Positions 26,339 through 39,013 of a stretch of DNA of 64,000 nt are shown here, piece by piece; the first letter of the stretch is position 1; the number at the start of each line of letters is the position of its first letter. Position numbers and translations under genes: made by a program. The notes beneath the pieces are model-generated. The model saw nothing but the letters and a program-made list of their open reading frames with translations. It made no database searches and was not told where the DNA came from. Source of the DNA: Spirogloea muscicola (Eukaryota); contig WELB01000016.1 of NCBI GenBank assembly GCA_009602725.1, forward strand, positions 213,149 to 277,148. Direction: 5' to 3'.

Positions 26339-28269
26339 ATGACGGCCGAGACCGCCGCCGCGCTCCAGGGTGAGCTCCTGGACCGAGGCGCCCCGCCGCT
26401 TATGCCGGGAAGCTGATAGTCGCACAGACCGCGCAGTTGGTTGGCGCAGCGCCTCGGGCTTTTGCCCAGGTTGGCGGCGCCGACCTCAAGCACTGCGCCT
26501 GTCGGCCTGCAGCTCGGGCCCGCGTCATTGTGGTCTGCTGGCGAGCTAGTAGGAATATGTGGGTCTGAAAGCACTGGAGGCAACCAGGATATTGGCATTT
26601 TGTTGCAGGGTATAAGGCATTGCATAGCAACAAGCCCCAAAGAGCAGGATTGTGTGAGCTGCCAGAAGACGTTAGGGCAGTCGCAAGACTTGTTAAGACG
26701 TGTGAAGGGGCTGTCGTGGCAGCAGCTTCTGCGTAATGACTCTGCTAGTGTACCGGCTAGGACATGTGACTACAATGCGCTCATCTGCAACAGTGGATAT
26801 TTCTTTTCTCAAGACATTGCCAGAGGTGTCTGCGTGCAAGAGTTAGTGAATGACCTAGGGAGTGGGAATGGGATGTAAGGGAGAGCCCTTGCTGCAGAGT
26901 CACCCCTTGAAGCTTGGTGGATGTTAACCATGCGAAGGAACCTGCTCAGCTGTCAATATATCCGACATTGAGGGGCTGCTCGGCACATGCATTCACCTAC
27001 ATTGACAGGTGATTTGGAGGTCAAAAAGAAGGAGGATGAGGTCACTGTGGAGGACGATAAGGAGGAAGAGGAAGACGACGACGAGGATGATGATGATGAC
27101 GAGGACGACGATGAGGGTGATGAGGGCGCTGACGAAGATGAGGGTGGAGAGGGAGCTGAAGGAGGAGCAGAAGGTGGCCGCAAGGGCAAGCAGGTGCCTG
27201 CAATGGACTCTTGCACGTTAGGTGCACCATGCGTATGTCACTTGTGGAGAATGCCAACACTAACTGGAGTCTGTCGCAGTCCTGCAAACATCAAGAGGTT
27301 GTGGAGTATGGGGCCTTGCAGTCTTCTGATATACTTTCACTTGGCACCACTGTTTGTCTGTCAGAGTCGGAGCGAGAAGAAGAGTCGCAAAGCAATTCAG
27401 AAGCTCGGACTTAAGCTGATTGCGGGTGTCTCAAGAGTAACGATCAAGCAGGTAAGCATTGTCTCATCCTTAGTAGTCTGCTAGCAAGGTGTTCTGCGAT
27501 GGGTCTGCTGCCACTGCTGTTGCCTACTTACTGATTTTTATGTGATGAAGCAGCCTTCAGCTGCCTGTTCTAGGCTGGCCTCTCATAGCCACTGCCCTCT
27601 CCTCGAAGCATCCCTTGTTTCTTCTGTTATGGAGGTCTCCCGTTTGTCCAAGCGAGTAGCTGGCTTGTTGACAGGAACGGCATAGTTCTATCAACCTGGC
27701 TGCTGCATACGTCATTAACCACCCTTCTGTATGCCTCCTTGCATCAGAACAAGAACACTCTCTTTGCCATATCCAAGCCTGACGTGTTTAAGAGTCCAGC
27801 ATCTGACACGTACATCATCTTTGGAGAGATAGAGGACCTCAGTTCTCAAGTTCAGTCGCAGGCCGCTGAACAGGTGTTACAACTATCACAAACTACTGTC
27901 CCAAACTCGCTATCTCTGTCCGTTGTCATAACCTCCCAAAGTCTCAAAACTCTCTACTTTGTGCTACTCAGGCCGCGGATTCAAGAGATCATCTGTTCTA
28001 AGTCAGCCAAAGTTAACCTGTGTGATGACGCGGATGTGTGGTGTCACTTTCAGTTTAAGGTACCAGACTTTGGCCCCGCTCAGGCCAAGGCGGAACCGGC
28101 GTCCATCACAGAGGTGGAGGAGGACGAGGATGTGGACGCGACTGGGGTGGAAGAGAAGGACATTGAGCTTGTGATGACACAAGCGGGTGTCAGTCGCGCT
28201 AAGGCTGTAGCAGCCCTTAAGGGCACCGAGGGTGACATTGTGGATGCTATCATGAAGCTCACTACTTGA
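26339..28269 (+). CDS. NACA: Nascent polypeptide-associated complex alpha subunit
   Basis: Exons from 26339, 27009, about 27365, about 27768 and about 28054. Motifs KQSRSEKKSRKAIQKLGLK and ISKPDVFKSPASDTYIIFGE, plus the UBA domain GVEEKDIELVMTQAGVSRAKAV. Confidence 0.95.
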
Positions 28270-28574
28270 TCTACACATCAACCCCTCGGACGTTTTCAAA
28301 GAACTTTGAGAACCAAGCAGCTAGTTACCTCTTTGTCGCCATATTTTCTGCTGATGCGGGAGCTCGTGTTGGCTGGAGGGCACCAAAGCTGCTTGCTGAG
28401 TTCTTATTGTACTTGACCAAACCACCTGCAAAGCTATTCTTGCTTGCCTGCACGCACAAACTGTGCAGTTGTACAGATGTACGCAGAAAGAATCTGTAGA
28501 TTGCGGGCATCAAAGCCGAGTCAGCGGATTGTGAGAGCAATATGGCAGAGTTAGCGGGCGGGTGGGGTTCTTAT

Positions 28575-28855
28575 GCCACAATTCTTCTTATGCGCCTGTC
28601 AGCATCGCTGCAGCGGTCAGTGGCGCACGCGTTGCATCTGCATGCCGGTCGCGCTTGGCTGCAGCCTCAGCAGAAGCTAGTGCTTCCCCTGGCCCCTTCT
28701 CGTCCTTAATTCATTCTTTTTTGGGCTGGCTTTTATCAGCCCCTGTCCTCAATGGGCGCGCCCTTCTCCGACAGGACAATTTCGTGTATTCGACAGGGGA
28801 CCTGCTACCCGGCAACTAGTTTCTCCGACCTGCGGCTGCTCAACAGGGGATATTT
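28575..28855 (+). mobile_element. Decayed RLE-type remnant interrupted by a hairpin module
   Basis: MRLSASLQRSVAHALHLHAGRA ... [28702-28760 module] ... IRQGTCYPATSFSDLRLLNRGY, homologous to the C-terminus of the 29010-29611 copy. Confidence 0.75.
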
Positions 28856-29009
28856 GGCACCCGGTGGCCACTCGAAAGTCGCTGTGTCATCTAGGGACAT
28901 TGTCCATTCCTTTTTGGGCTGGCTTTGCCAGCCACTCTTCTCTATGGGCGCGCACTTCTCTCTTTGCCAGCCCCTTTGGTTCTTTTCGGGCTGGCTTCTC
29001 ACAGCCCTT

Positions 29010-29719
29010 GCCCGATGCCGGAACGCGATGTTCGGCATATTTGTCGAAGCCGGTTACACTGTGGCGCTGGAGAACTCCAGCATCATGCCTCTGACTGCTA
29101 GGGCGGACGGCCGTCTCCACACACGGCGCGCCGCTCTCGCTAGCGCGCTCGGCGGGGGGCCTCGGCTCATTGCCGACGTCGTCACAACGGACTCTTGGAT
29201 TCCAGGAGCGCTACACGCTCGGCGGAGGAGGCGGGCTACGCCGTCCGCCAAGCGGCCGACGCGAAGGATCGCGAAGTACTCGGATCACCCGGTAGGCGAC
29301 GAGTTTGTCCCACTCGCCGTCGTGTACACGGCGCCTTTGGCGCCAAATGGCTTGACCTACTTCACCGCCTTGCGCGGCGGGCAGCGGCCCGCCGCCCCGG
29401 GCAGCAGGGCGAGCTGCCTGGCTTCCATTTCGCCGGGTCCCTCGCCCAAGTTTTCCGGATGCGCCTGGCCGTCTCTTTGCAGCGGTCCCTAGCTTTTGCG
29501 GTCCACTTGCGCGCAGGCCGCGCTCTGGCGGCGGCCTCCGGCTTCCGTCAGGGCGGCGTCTTTCCGCCTGCTAGCTACTCAGATTTGCATCTACTGACGA
29601 GAGGTTACTGAGAGTTCGCTTACTGCTGTCTCAGTCCCTAGCACTCCGACTCCTTCAGACCTTGTCCATTCTTTTGGGCTGGCCTCTCCCAGCCACCAGT
29701 TAATCTGGCCGCGCTTGCT
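29010..29719 (+). mobile_element. Longest subfamily-B RLE-type remnant with 3'UTR (frameshifted)
   Basis: RCRNAMF..VEAGYTVALE...RLIADVVTT...AGYAV...KYSDHPVGDEFVPLAV...HGAFG...RLAVSLQRS...DLHLLTRGY* (stop 29611), then 108 nt of 3'UTR. Confidence 0.8.
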
Positions 29720-29754
29720 CTCTTGCCCCCCTTGGGAGAGCCACTTCTTCTTTG

Positions 29755-29985
29755 GTTATGTAGGTCTTGAGAGGTGCTTGCCTTTGTACGTGGCCATTTG
29801 GCCTTCGTTTGTTTCAAATACACGACAATTCTCTTTGCCAGCCCCTCTTCTCTATGGGCGAGCACTTTCTTCTTGTCTGCCTGGTCTATGGCTCCGTCAT
29901 CAACACCTGTTCGCATCTACGCTGCTGGCCTTTATTTTTGGGCTGGCTTTGCCAGCCACTCTTCTCTATGGGCGAGCTCTTTCTT
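29755..29985 (+). mobile_element. Subfamily-A 3'UTR plus repeated terminal modules
   Basis: 29755-29820 matches 18287-18351. The motif tttgccagcc(a/c)ctcttctctatgggcg occurs at about 28924, 29834 and 29948. Confidence 0.75.
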
Positions 29986-30245
29986 TTCTTTTCTTCTTTT
30001 TCTTCTTTCACAGCCGCTCTTCTAACATCAGCATTCTTGTCATTTAACGCTTTTCTGGCCCCGTCGAATGTCACTCATTCTTCCATCTGAGCTGGCGCCC
30101 GCCGGCGCCCGTCGCGCCGCGGCCCGCGCGAAATCCCAGCGCCGCCGAGACTCGATTCCTGGCCGCCAGTCTGCGGGCCGCGGAAGCTCCGTGACTCCGG
30201 CAACGGCGGCGCCGGCGGCGGTGGCGGCGGTGGCGGCGGGCAGTG

Positions 30246-33200
30246 ATGGAGCCCGCAGGCCTGCGCCGCCGCCTCGTGCGGCGATGCCCGAGCCGCTGCT
30301 TGCGCCGCGCGGCGGCCTGCCACCCTCGGCGCTGACAACGAGCCTTCTGCAGAGGCTCGCTCCTCGCTCGGATCCTGGCTCCGCTCCTCCACGCAGACAT
30401 GCTGACTTACTTCAAGCCTTTACAGCAAGGTACTTCAAGACGTGTAGCCCGAGCTCTGTGCTGACAGGCGAGCTTCACTGACAGCGCTGCCGGATGCTGG
30501 TGGTCATCAGGACTATCGCGATGCCGTTACCTGGCTATGTAGTAAGGTCCTATCGAAGTAAGTGCAAATTTGTGATTTGCATTCAGTGTGTTGCGAGTCC
30601 TGCAGGTGAATCTGATGGGCGGTTGCAGGCCGCAGCAACGCTTCCGGTTCAGCACAAGAAGCGTAAGAAGCACGTCAGCAACACAGAGAAATGCCAGGAG
30701 GCAACAGAAGGTCAAGCCCCACGCAGAGCATTGCCAACAACTCACAATCTCCGCACTGAAGCACGACTCGGTGCTGAGGTACGTCTTCAGCGTTTGCTTT
30801 GGTAGCTAGTGCAAGCTCTTCATTGACTTGTTTGTCTATTGTACTCGCCCTATCTCATGCCTGCAGCTTTGTTGCAGGCGACTCGTAGTGTCAATAGCTG
30901 AGTGTGCAGGTGCCGAGTTCTGTTTGTGCAGTGTCCTGCTATTCACTTCACACCCATACTGTGGGTTTGATACCTCTTCTCTGTCAGGAGGATGCAAGGC
31001 TTAGTGCTGGGAAAGCCCCTCACCCATTCTTCCAACCTCAACCTGAGAAGTTTGAGAAATCCACTGCCACGATTGACTTGATTGCCCTTGAGGCTGTGGA
31101 TCTTCCACAGCCTCCACAAGTTGAGGGCAGGCAGCTGCTTGAACCATCTTCTCCATTGCATGTGACACAGCTCATCGACAAGGTGAGGAGGATGGCTGGA
31201 AGGGTTGTTCCAATCACTCACAGTCTCCTATCTAATTTCGTTCCTGTGCCTAACCCTAGATGACGATATTGTAGATGATTTTGAAGTAGACTACTGCTTA
31301 CTCATTGCCAGCACACTTAAAAGGAGGTTGGCTACCCACTTTTCAGGGAGAAGGAAATGAGGTTGCATGGCCGAAAAATCAACTTCATTATGATTGTAAG
31401 GGGGACATTGCCAGAGAAGATGGTGGATTACAGGTTGAGCAAGTGTCATATGAGCAGCTGCTCCTTGTGTCCCCTGACACCAGAGTGTTTAAGGTTTGCT
31501 TTGATTTACTTGATCTGCCTGCAAATAAGCAATGCAGACTGCTATAAGTGGAGCCGCTTGTTGAGGTCATGTATTGATGAGTGGTCAAAGCTCAATGTGT
31601 GTGTCACCACTACTGGTGGTACAAGTGAGACCTTTCTCACTCTTGACCTTGATATGGCAGGAGAGTGTAGGCACTGAAGAAGCATCTCCAACAACATCTT
31701 ACTTGTCATATACAGACGAAATAAGAAGGTGGGCTGCCAAAGTAAAGCAGGCAGCACATGTCCAGCTTAGTGTGAACCCCTGTTTGCTGGGCTTGGTGCA
31801 TGTTATCTTACATACTTGCGGACTTCTGCATTTGCTTGTACCATTTAATAAGGATATCATCATCACGCGGAGAAGATAAGAGTGAAATTGCAGTGTAGAC
31901 AGATTTCCTGATATATTGGACTTCAGTATTCTAACTGGCTCTAGAAGCTCAGGTTCTGTTCTGCAGTGCTGCAAGCAGGAGAAGCTCCTGACAACATATT
32001 GTTGGAGCCTTGTCAAGCTGCTGTACATCCTACAGAAGATGCTAGCTCAAGTCCCCTGTACAGTAATATGCTCTGGACTGAACGTCACCGTCCTTTGTTT
32101 CTTGACAAGGTAATGAGGCTCTCAGCGCAAGTGCGCCAGCAACTTTTTAGAGATAGATGCGTACGGAAAGAATAAGTATTCAAGCCCTGCAATAACGCTG
32201 AAGCTGTAAGAAGGACCACATGCAAAGGACTACATCACAACTTGCTTACTGCCTGTTGGTGCTTTGAGCTCCCTTGAAATATGCAGATGTGTGGAAACAA
32301 GGACGAGTTGCAAGCTCTCAGACGATGGTTGTCGGACTGGAAAGAGAGGATACAGGCAATTAGTCGATCACAAGACATTAAAAGGGCGGCTCAAGGAGAG
32401 CACACCAGAAGCTGCATTGCTTCTGATGTAGTTGACACCACTGCTAATGACTGTCAGCTCGATGATGACAGTGGACTCCAGAACCCTCTCCTACTTCGTG
32501 GACCTGTTGGGGTGAGTACATTGTTGTGCACTTCTAATTGTATCCTTGGTTGCTCTGCTTGGAAGTTGGTTGCCTCCTGGGCCCCGTCAAGCACAAGTCT
32601 GAGAACGCTGATGCACTATCTTAGCTGCATGCTGCACAAGCTAAGAGGATCTTATGTATGAGTGGTTGTGCAACAATTCAGGTGGGCAAGACTGCTGCAG
32701 TATATGTTTGTGCAAGGGAGGTGGGCTTCAACATTCTCGAGGTACTTATCTAGGGCTTCACCATGAAAACTACATCTGTTGTACTGTATATATCTGCCAG
32801 TGCATTTCAAGTAAGAAGTGAGCAGTCAAGAGCTGATGATTGATATACTGTAACATTCTTTTGACATACTATTCAACATCTCACGAGTTGAATAGTATTG
32901 TGCTGGCTCAGGTGAATGCGTCTGATCAACGCAGTAGCTCTTATCTTAAAAGCAGGATCGGGGAGGCTTTGGCATCACATGGTCTTCGTCACTGGTGAAG
33001 ACAACAGCTTTGACTTCATCTTCAACGCAGGAAGAAGATCTTTATCCTGCATTGGCTTTTGTAAGACTTTAAGGTTGCAAGAATACCATTCCTTTCAGCA
33101 AGAGATTCTTAACATTCTTGAAATGGCACCATCCTCAACTGGATGTAGAAAGCGACCCAATCATGTTCTTGCTGTCTATGTCTCAGATCAATATTATATT

Positions 33201-36200
33201 ACTTCCTCTGCAGGTCCTCAGAGGAGAAGGAGGAGGAGCAAAAGCAAGAGACAGGACTCCACACCAAGGTACAGAAGCCTAAGGAAAGAGAAGGAAGGCG
33301 TGGCTGGGAGCAATTAAGATGGAGCTCAGCTCCCAAAACACCTGTCGTCCTTCCTGGATCACGCACTTGTGCAGACCCTTATGAATGCCCCTTGCCAGTG
33401 TGTCATGCTGGTAAGATAGCTCTCTTGACCCGACATGGCTGCTTGTGGGAAGCCCTATTGCTGTTTGCTTATAGCTTCAGTCAACAATACTCGTTAGTCA
33501 CACCGTTGATATTGTCCAACTATATGCAGACAAGGTAGCTGCATATTATGAGACAGGCGTTGTGAGTCTTCTTTTACAAACATTGGCTCTTTTTGTAAAA
33601 GCAGGACAAGAAGAAACCATTGGAAAGGAAGCCAGCAGAATGAGCGTCATATTGTTCGAGGATGTAGACTCTGTTGTGGACGAAGACAGGGGTTTTTTGG
33701 CTGCTGTGACTGACCTTGTTGTAACAACAAAGCGGCCGATCATACTTATAAGCAACAGTGAGTGCTATTCATACTTAGAAGCAACAGTGAGTGCTATTCA
33801 TTGCATATATGAGGCAATGTGTCTTTGATGTTTGACCTGCTTGGTCTGCGTTGTCAATGCAATTTGTACCAGTGAATGCCTGCTTATATGACGAGTCTCT
33901 TGATGAAGCTCAACTGACATTGGCAGCTTCTAAACCGGATCTGCCAAAAGCACTTACAACTTTCTGCATAAATTTCGATTGCCCATCTGCTGATGAGATA
34001 GTTTCATACTTGACTCAGGTGTGTTATCCAGCCCTTCAGTCAGGTTTGTGAAATTTAATATGCATCCTATGCTGTACATCAGCTGTTGTAGTGGAAGTGC
34101 TCAATGGCAAGGAAAGTCAATCATCTTCTCACACTGTTGCGCTCGAACTGTGGTGTAATAAGCAATTCCAGCGATTGTTGTTAGCTTTCAAAATGCATGC
34201 ATGATGAGATTGGTCACCACTAAAAGCACTCTTCTTGTGTATGCGCAAAGCAGATATGTCTGGCAGAGGAGCTGCATGTTCCCCTTGCCATTCTGCAGGG
34301 CTTGGTCAAGAGCTGCCACAAAGACATCCGTCGCCTACTTCTATCACTACAATACTGGGGTCAAGGCAGCAAAGGGGCAGACACTAGAAATGTACAGGCT
34401 CCGATCAAGTCTGGTGGGAATGGCCAGTCTCTTACAAGACTTCAGCAGGACATAAGGCAAGAAACCTGCAAGACCAGCAATGTGATGTTGGCAAGTAGAC
34501 AAGGAGTGACTGACCAAGTCCAAGATCTATCTGGGGGACCGTGTCAGGTGCCTGGAGCCAAGTTGCAAGCTGACGAGAAGGACGGTCAAGCCACAGCTGC
34601 AGTGCACGCTTCCCATCATGATGTTGGCAGCTGTGATGAGGTCGATACAATGATTGAACTTGGTTGTGAATCGTCCTGTCATGGGGGTTGTGCCAGGGAA
34701 AAGCATGGGAAGCAGATCCTGCAAGAAGACCGTGAAGTAGCAATGGGGACCAGTGCCTGCTGCAGTGAGCCTGCTGAGACATCCCTGGAAGTACTGCCAG
34801 TTCGACAGCAGGATAAAGAGCAACGCCTGCCCTGCTGGCCATTGCAGATGGATCGACTCTTGGAGCAGGATGCAGCTTTCCAATTGATGCCTGTGCTAAT
34901 ACAGGGCTCCAGTGATGAGTCACTCAACTACATTGTGGAGAAATTAGAGGGTGCTGTTAAGGTAGTGGGGAATGCATCAGAAGCTTTAGCAGCGCAGAGT
35001 ACAATTCAAGAGTTGGCCAGACAGAGGCAGGTATTGGACAGGCATGCTCAGGAGAAGCGGGCTATCCAGCGAGCCAAAGCTGGGGACAAAGCAGCAGCAA
35101 GGGCTGCCGAGAAGGTTGCCAAGAAGCTGGCTGCAGACAGAGCAAGGGCTGCCCGTCTTGCTCGCTTGGCTGACAGCAAAGATGACTGGCTCGCTGGAGG
35201 AGCATGCACCGCAAGTGAGTGCGTGGCAGGCAGTGTGGCTCTTACAGAAAGCTGCGAATTTGCAACAGATCAGTCCAGCGAGGCCTGTGCACAAGAGCCT
35301 GCCAAAGGAGGCGATGAGCCCTCCCAGAACATGCAGACAGCCTCAAGAACCTCTCTGAAGCAACCGCAATGCTCACCTGAGATCGATGACAGTGTAGCAA
35401 CAGAGCGGTCTCTTGAAGAATCGCTGGATGAGCATGGTGCTGTTATCACAAGTGGGTCATCTGAGGGCTCTCTTGCAGCAGTCGAGGAGCAAAGGCTACG
35501 CAAGCAGCTGGGCTGTGTTCAGGAGGTGTGGGATGACTTCAGGAATGGCAGGACCAACGTAGACAGGCTGTGTCCAGGTGTGATAGAGGGAGCGGCCAGG
35601 GATGACCACCTGTCCTATTTGACCAACCTGATGTCATCCGCAGACATCCTAAGGGCGCCATCTACTGCTGCTGTGCTGGTACGGTTCAGCTTGGTGCATT
35701 ATCGACCAACTAATCGTTGTACCACTCATTGAGCGAACAAGTGCCAAGAAGTTGACCAGCGAATCCCTTATTCAGGTTTTTGCTTTCTTGTCCAGGAGGG
35801 TATCTCCCCTGTAGAGCCATGCACCTCCTCACTGTCATCAGTCTGCAGCAACAGGAGCACCAGCTGTGCAGACTTCGAATCAGCAACACAAGCAGCCTCT
35901 TGCTTGGCGTATGGCATCCTCAAGTATGTCATGGCTGAAGAGGTCGTGACAGATGAGGTCACCCTTCATAGTCTATCACCCGAAGCTTTGCTGACATGCA
36001 CTGACGAGGAAGCTTCCTTGGGACGACTGATCGCAAGTGGATCTGTGAACCCCAGGCTGCAAGCAGCAGTGTCTCAAGGTCCTTCTCCAGATTCTGTGTT
36101 GGAGATTGCCAGGTGAATTTGTGAACCTTCACATCTCATTGTTTAGGCATTTAGCTCCTGAAAGAAACCCTTATCCATGTTCACAATTGCTGTTCTTACT

Positions 36201-36552
36201 GGCAAAGTACTGTTGCACATGCTACATCAGGAAGAAGAAGGCCTCCATGATGCAGGAGTGGCTGCCCCAGAAGGTCATTGAGAGGGTCACGAAGGCCTCT
36301 TTGCATGAGTATGTTGGATATTTGGCAGGCATTGCACACCTGACCCTGGAGCACAGACTCGGTAGCAATAGTCGGCATAGGTAACACCATTCTCGCTCCA
36401 TGTACCTCCTCTTGTGGTGCTAGTGTACTCAGTAACTAGATCAATATCTATCTGGTTATCATGTTGCTCGTCTTGCTCAGCGATGTGTTCCCAAGGAGCC
36501 TATAGCAGACACTCTGATTGTGCTGAGTGACTGTGCATTGTTGCAACAGTGA
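30246..36552 (+). CDS. ATAD5: ATAD5/ELG1-like RFC-type AAA+ ATPase, multi-exon (termini approximate)
   Basis: LWTERHRP, LRRWLSDWK, Walker A LLLRGPVG|VGKTAAVYVCA, EVNASDQR, Walker B ILFEDVD, DRGFLAAV...TKRPIILISN and CHKDIRRLLLSLQYW. Confidence 0.88.
33741..33798 (+). repeat. 29-bp tandem duplication spanning an exon/intron junction
   Basis: catactta(t/g)aagcaacagtgagtgctatt, two copies. Confidence 0.85.
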
Positions 36553-38084
36553 CAGGAGCCAGGGGTTACGGGCATGCGCCACCAAGCTGGGAATGACTGA
36601 GCATGGCTTTTGCCAGCTATTACATTCAATGAAGACTAGATGAGTAGGCAGGGGGAATACTGGCATTAGATGCAGTTACAGATTTCAGACCCTACCCAAG
36701 GCAACACTTACGACTGCCAGATTCAGGCGCTTCGATTACCCAACCACCCAACCCGCACATTCTTTGAGCCGCGCCATTGCGCATGCTCACGAGCATTAGG
36801 CAAGTGCTGGATGTTACATGGCCAACCCTTATCAGGCAGCATCGATGCAGCTGATCTGTTTTGTGTGTACAAAGCGCGATTGCAGTTACCATGCTACCAG
36901 CTGCTAAACTTCACCCAAGCCTTTCACTGCTGGTTGGTGAAGTGACGCTGTTGGTCATCACCTAGCATGTCAGGACATGCTCATCTTTCTGGTAGGCCGG
37001 AGGCTCTGCTAGACTAGGATACCGCTTGTGGAGCTCCTTCATTTACCAGGCCCAGCAACTGGCTTCATGGTTTTCTAACAAAGGACCAGGTTGTATAGCT
37101 TCTCTAGGAGGTGTGCATTCCCAAGGAGCAATGAGAGACGCGGTTTCTTTGAACCTTTCTCAGTGGCTGTCAGTCATTGCAGACGGTGCAAAGTGGTCCA
37201 GTTGTTGTCAGTCACTAATTGCTGTTATCGGGTGTGAGAAATTTTCAGCCTAGCTCAAGCATCGGACACTATGGTGAGTGTACGCTAAAATTGAGATTGA
37301 ACTTCTGCTTGCTTGCATCAATGTACATGCAGCTGCTGAGGCTTGGTGATCTGAAGGCTAAGATTGGCCGGTTTCTCATGGCAGCAACTTTTGGCAGCGC
37401 TGTCTTGAGCTTGAGGCTTGCCCCACATAGCAAACGATTTGGCTCAGAGGGCCAATGTTCCACCAGACCATGCGACCTGTTGGAAGCCATCCCAAAAAGG
37501 GAAAGTAAAAGGCTCCAGAGGGCAGTGGCTGAGCGGCCAGCAAGGAATGATACAGGAAGCAGCTCGGGAGGACCTCTCACAAGGCAGTAGCTGTCATTAC
37601 CTGCCAACAGCCTCTATTTGGGGGGGTGGCCCACTGCTCTGATTGACCAACCAAGTGCAAGTGGCTGATCAAAGCATGCAGGTAGCACAGAGCCTTCTTG
37701 GAGGAGCAGTGACTGTCAGGAAGCAGAAGAATGTGCCAGCATGGGGGGCACGGGCGGGGCACTCGGTATGTATGCAGCACCCTTGAAGCATGATAACGTG
37801 CCCTTGCCAAAGCGGAAGTGAGACTGAGCGCCACCGCCAGTGCCGCCGCCGCCGTTGTTGCCGCCATCGCCTCTGCCGCCGCAGCGTGGGCTGATTTGGC
37901 TAATAATATACTCTAAGTGACCTGTCCATCACATCTCCCAACATTGAAGGTATTGGCTGTGGAACATTAAGCTTTTCCAAAGGGGGAGCGAAGTTGCGCT
38001 GTGCGCTCTGAAAGATGAAGACGCTAATCCAATACACTGTTTGCACTGTGCAAAACCGCTCCCAAAGCTCTCCCGGTAGGACAA

Positions 38085-38560
38085 TCACTCAGAAATTTCT
38101 GGTGAGGAGCCGCAAATAGAAAGACTAGCAGCGGGAAAGCATTCCCCCTGACGAAAGGCAGAGGCTGCAGGTGAAGCACGGCCAGCTACAGGTGCAAGGC
38201 GGGGGCCATGGAGCCGCTGGAGTGAGTGGACAGGCGCAGCATGCGAAAAACGTGAGCTAGCGAGCCAGCGGCGTTGAAGGCAGCCACGGAGGGATGACGA
38301 GGCGGGGGGGGGTAAGCGCTCGGGGCGGGCTGACAGTTGGCCCGCGCCCAATGCCCGGGTCCCCTGCAGATCCGCCGGATAACCACGGCCCGGGACGAGG
38401 GCGACCCGAGTTAGCCGGACCCGGGCGGCGGGCCGGGGGGATAAGGGCTGCCCGGGGAGAAAGGGGCGCGGGGGTTCGAGCCGGCGGTGCGCGGCGGTGT
38501 TTGTTGTCTGGGGGCTGGTGCATTCGACCACGCATCTGATTTTCCTCGCCGCCCCGCCCC
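38085..38560 (-). mobile_element. Heavily decayed subfamily-B-like RLE remnant
   Basis: AFNAAGSLAHVFRM, SLQR and AGRASPAASAFRQGECFPAAS across shifted frames. The 5' limit is uncertain. Confidence 0.7.
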
Positions 38561-39013
38561 GCAGCGCACACGGAGGAGGCAGCGGCTCGCCACCCCTGAC
38601 TCGGAACACCCCGCTCCCCCCCCCGGGTCCCACTACGCAAAGCCAGCGCGGCCGAGCTCGCCGCCGCCGCCGCCGCCGCCGCCGCAGCAGACGCCGCCGC
38701 TGCCGCCGCNNNNNNNNNNNNNNNNNNNNNNNNNNNNNNNNNNNNNNNNNNNNNNNNNNNNNNNNNNNNNNNNNNNNNNNNNNNNNNNNNNNNNNNNNNN
38801 NNNNNNNNNNNNNNNNNNNNNNNNNNNNNNNNNNNNNNNNNNNNNNNNNNNNNNNNNNNNNNNNNNNNGAGCCGGCAGGCGGCGTCGCAGCACGGGGACC
38901 GGCGCGGCCGAGCTCCCGTGAGCCTCGCCGGCGCCGCCGACAGCTCGCCGCCGCGGCAGCGGCTCGCCGCGCCTGGTCAGGCGGTGAGGTCCTGGTCTGC
39001 CTGCGGGGCTCCC

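Noticed and set aside
28694..28768. 8-bp CCCTTCTC direct repeat as a TSD of the 28702-28760 module
   Set aside because: The same octamer also occurs inside the 17798 insert, so it may be element or low-complexity sequence rather than a TSD.
28700..30000. Palindromic repeats with spacers resembling a CRISPR array
   Set aside because: Eukaryotic context, irregular spacing, heterogeneous repeats and no cas genes. The intervening DNA is element ORF or UTR.
36900..37900. ORFs of 96-123 aa on both strands
   Set aside because: No recognisable motif or coherent exon chain.
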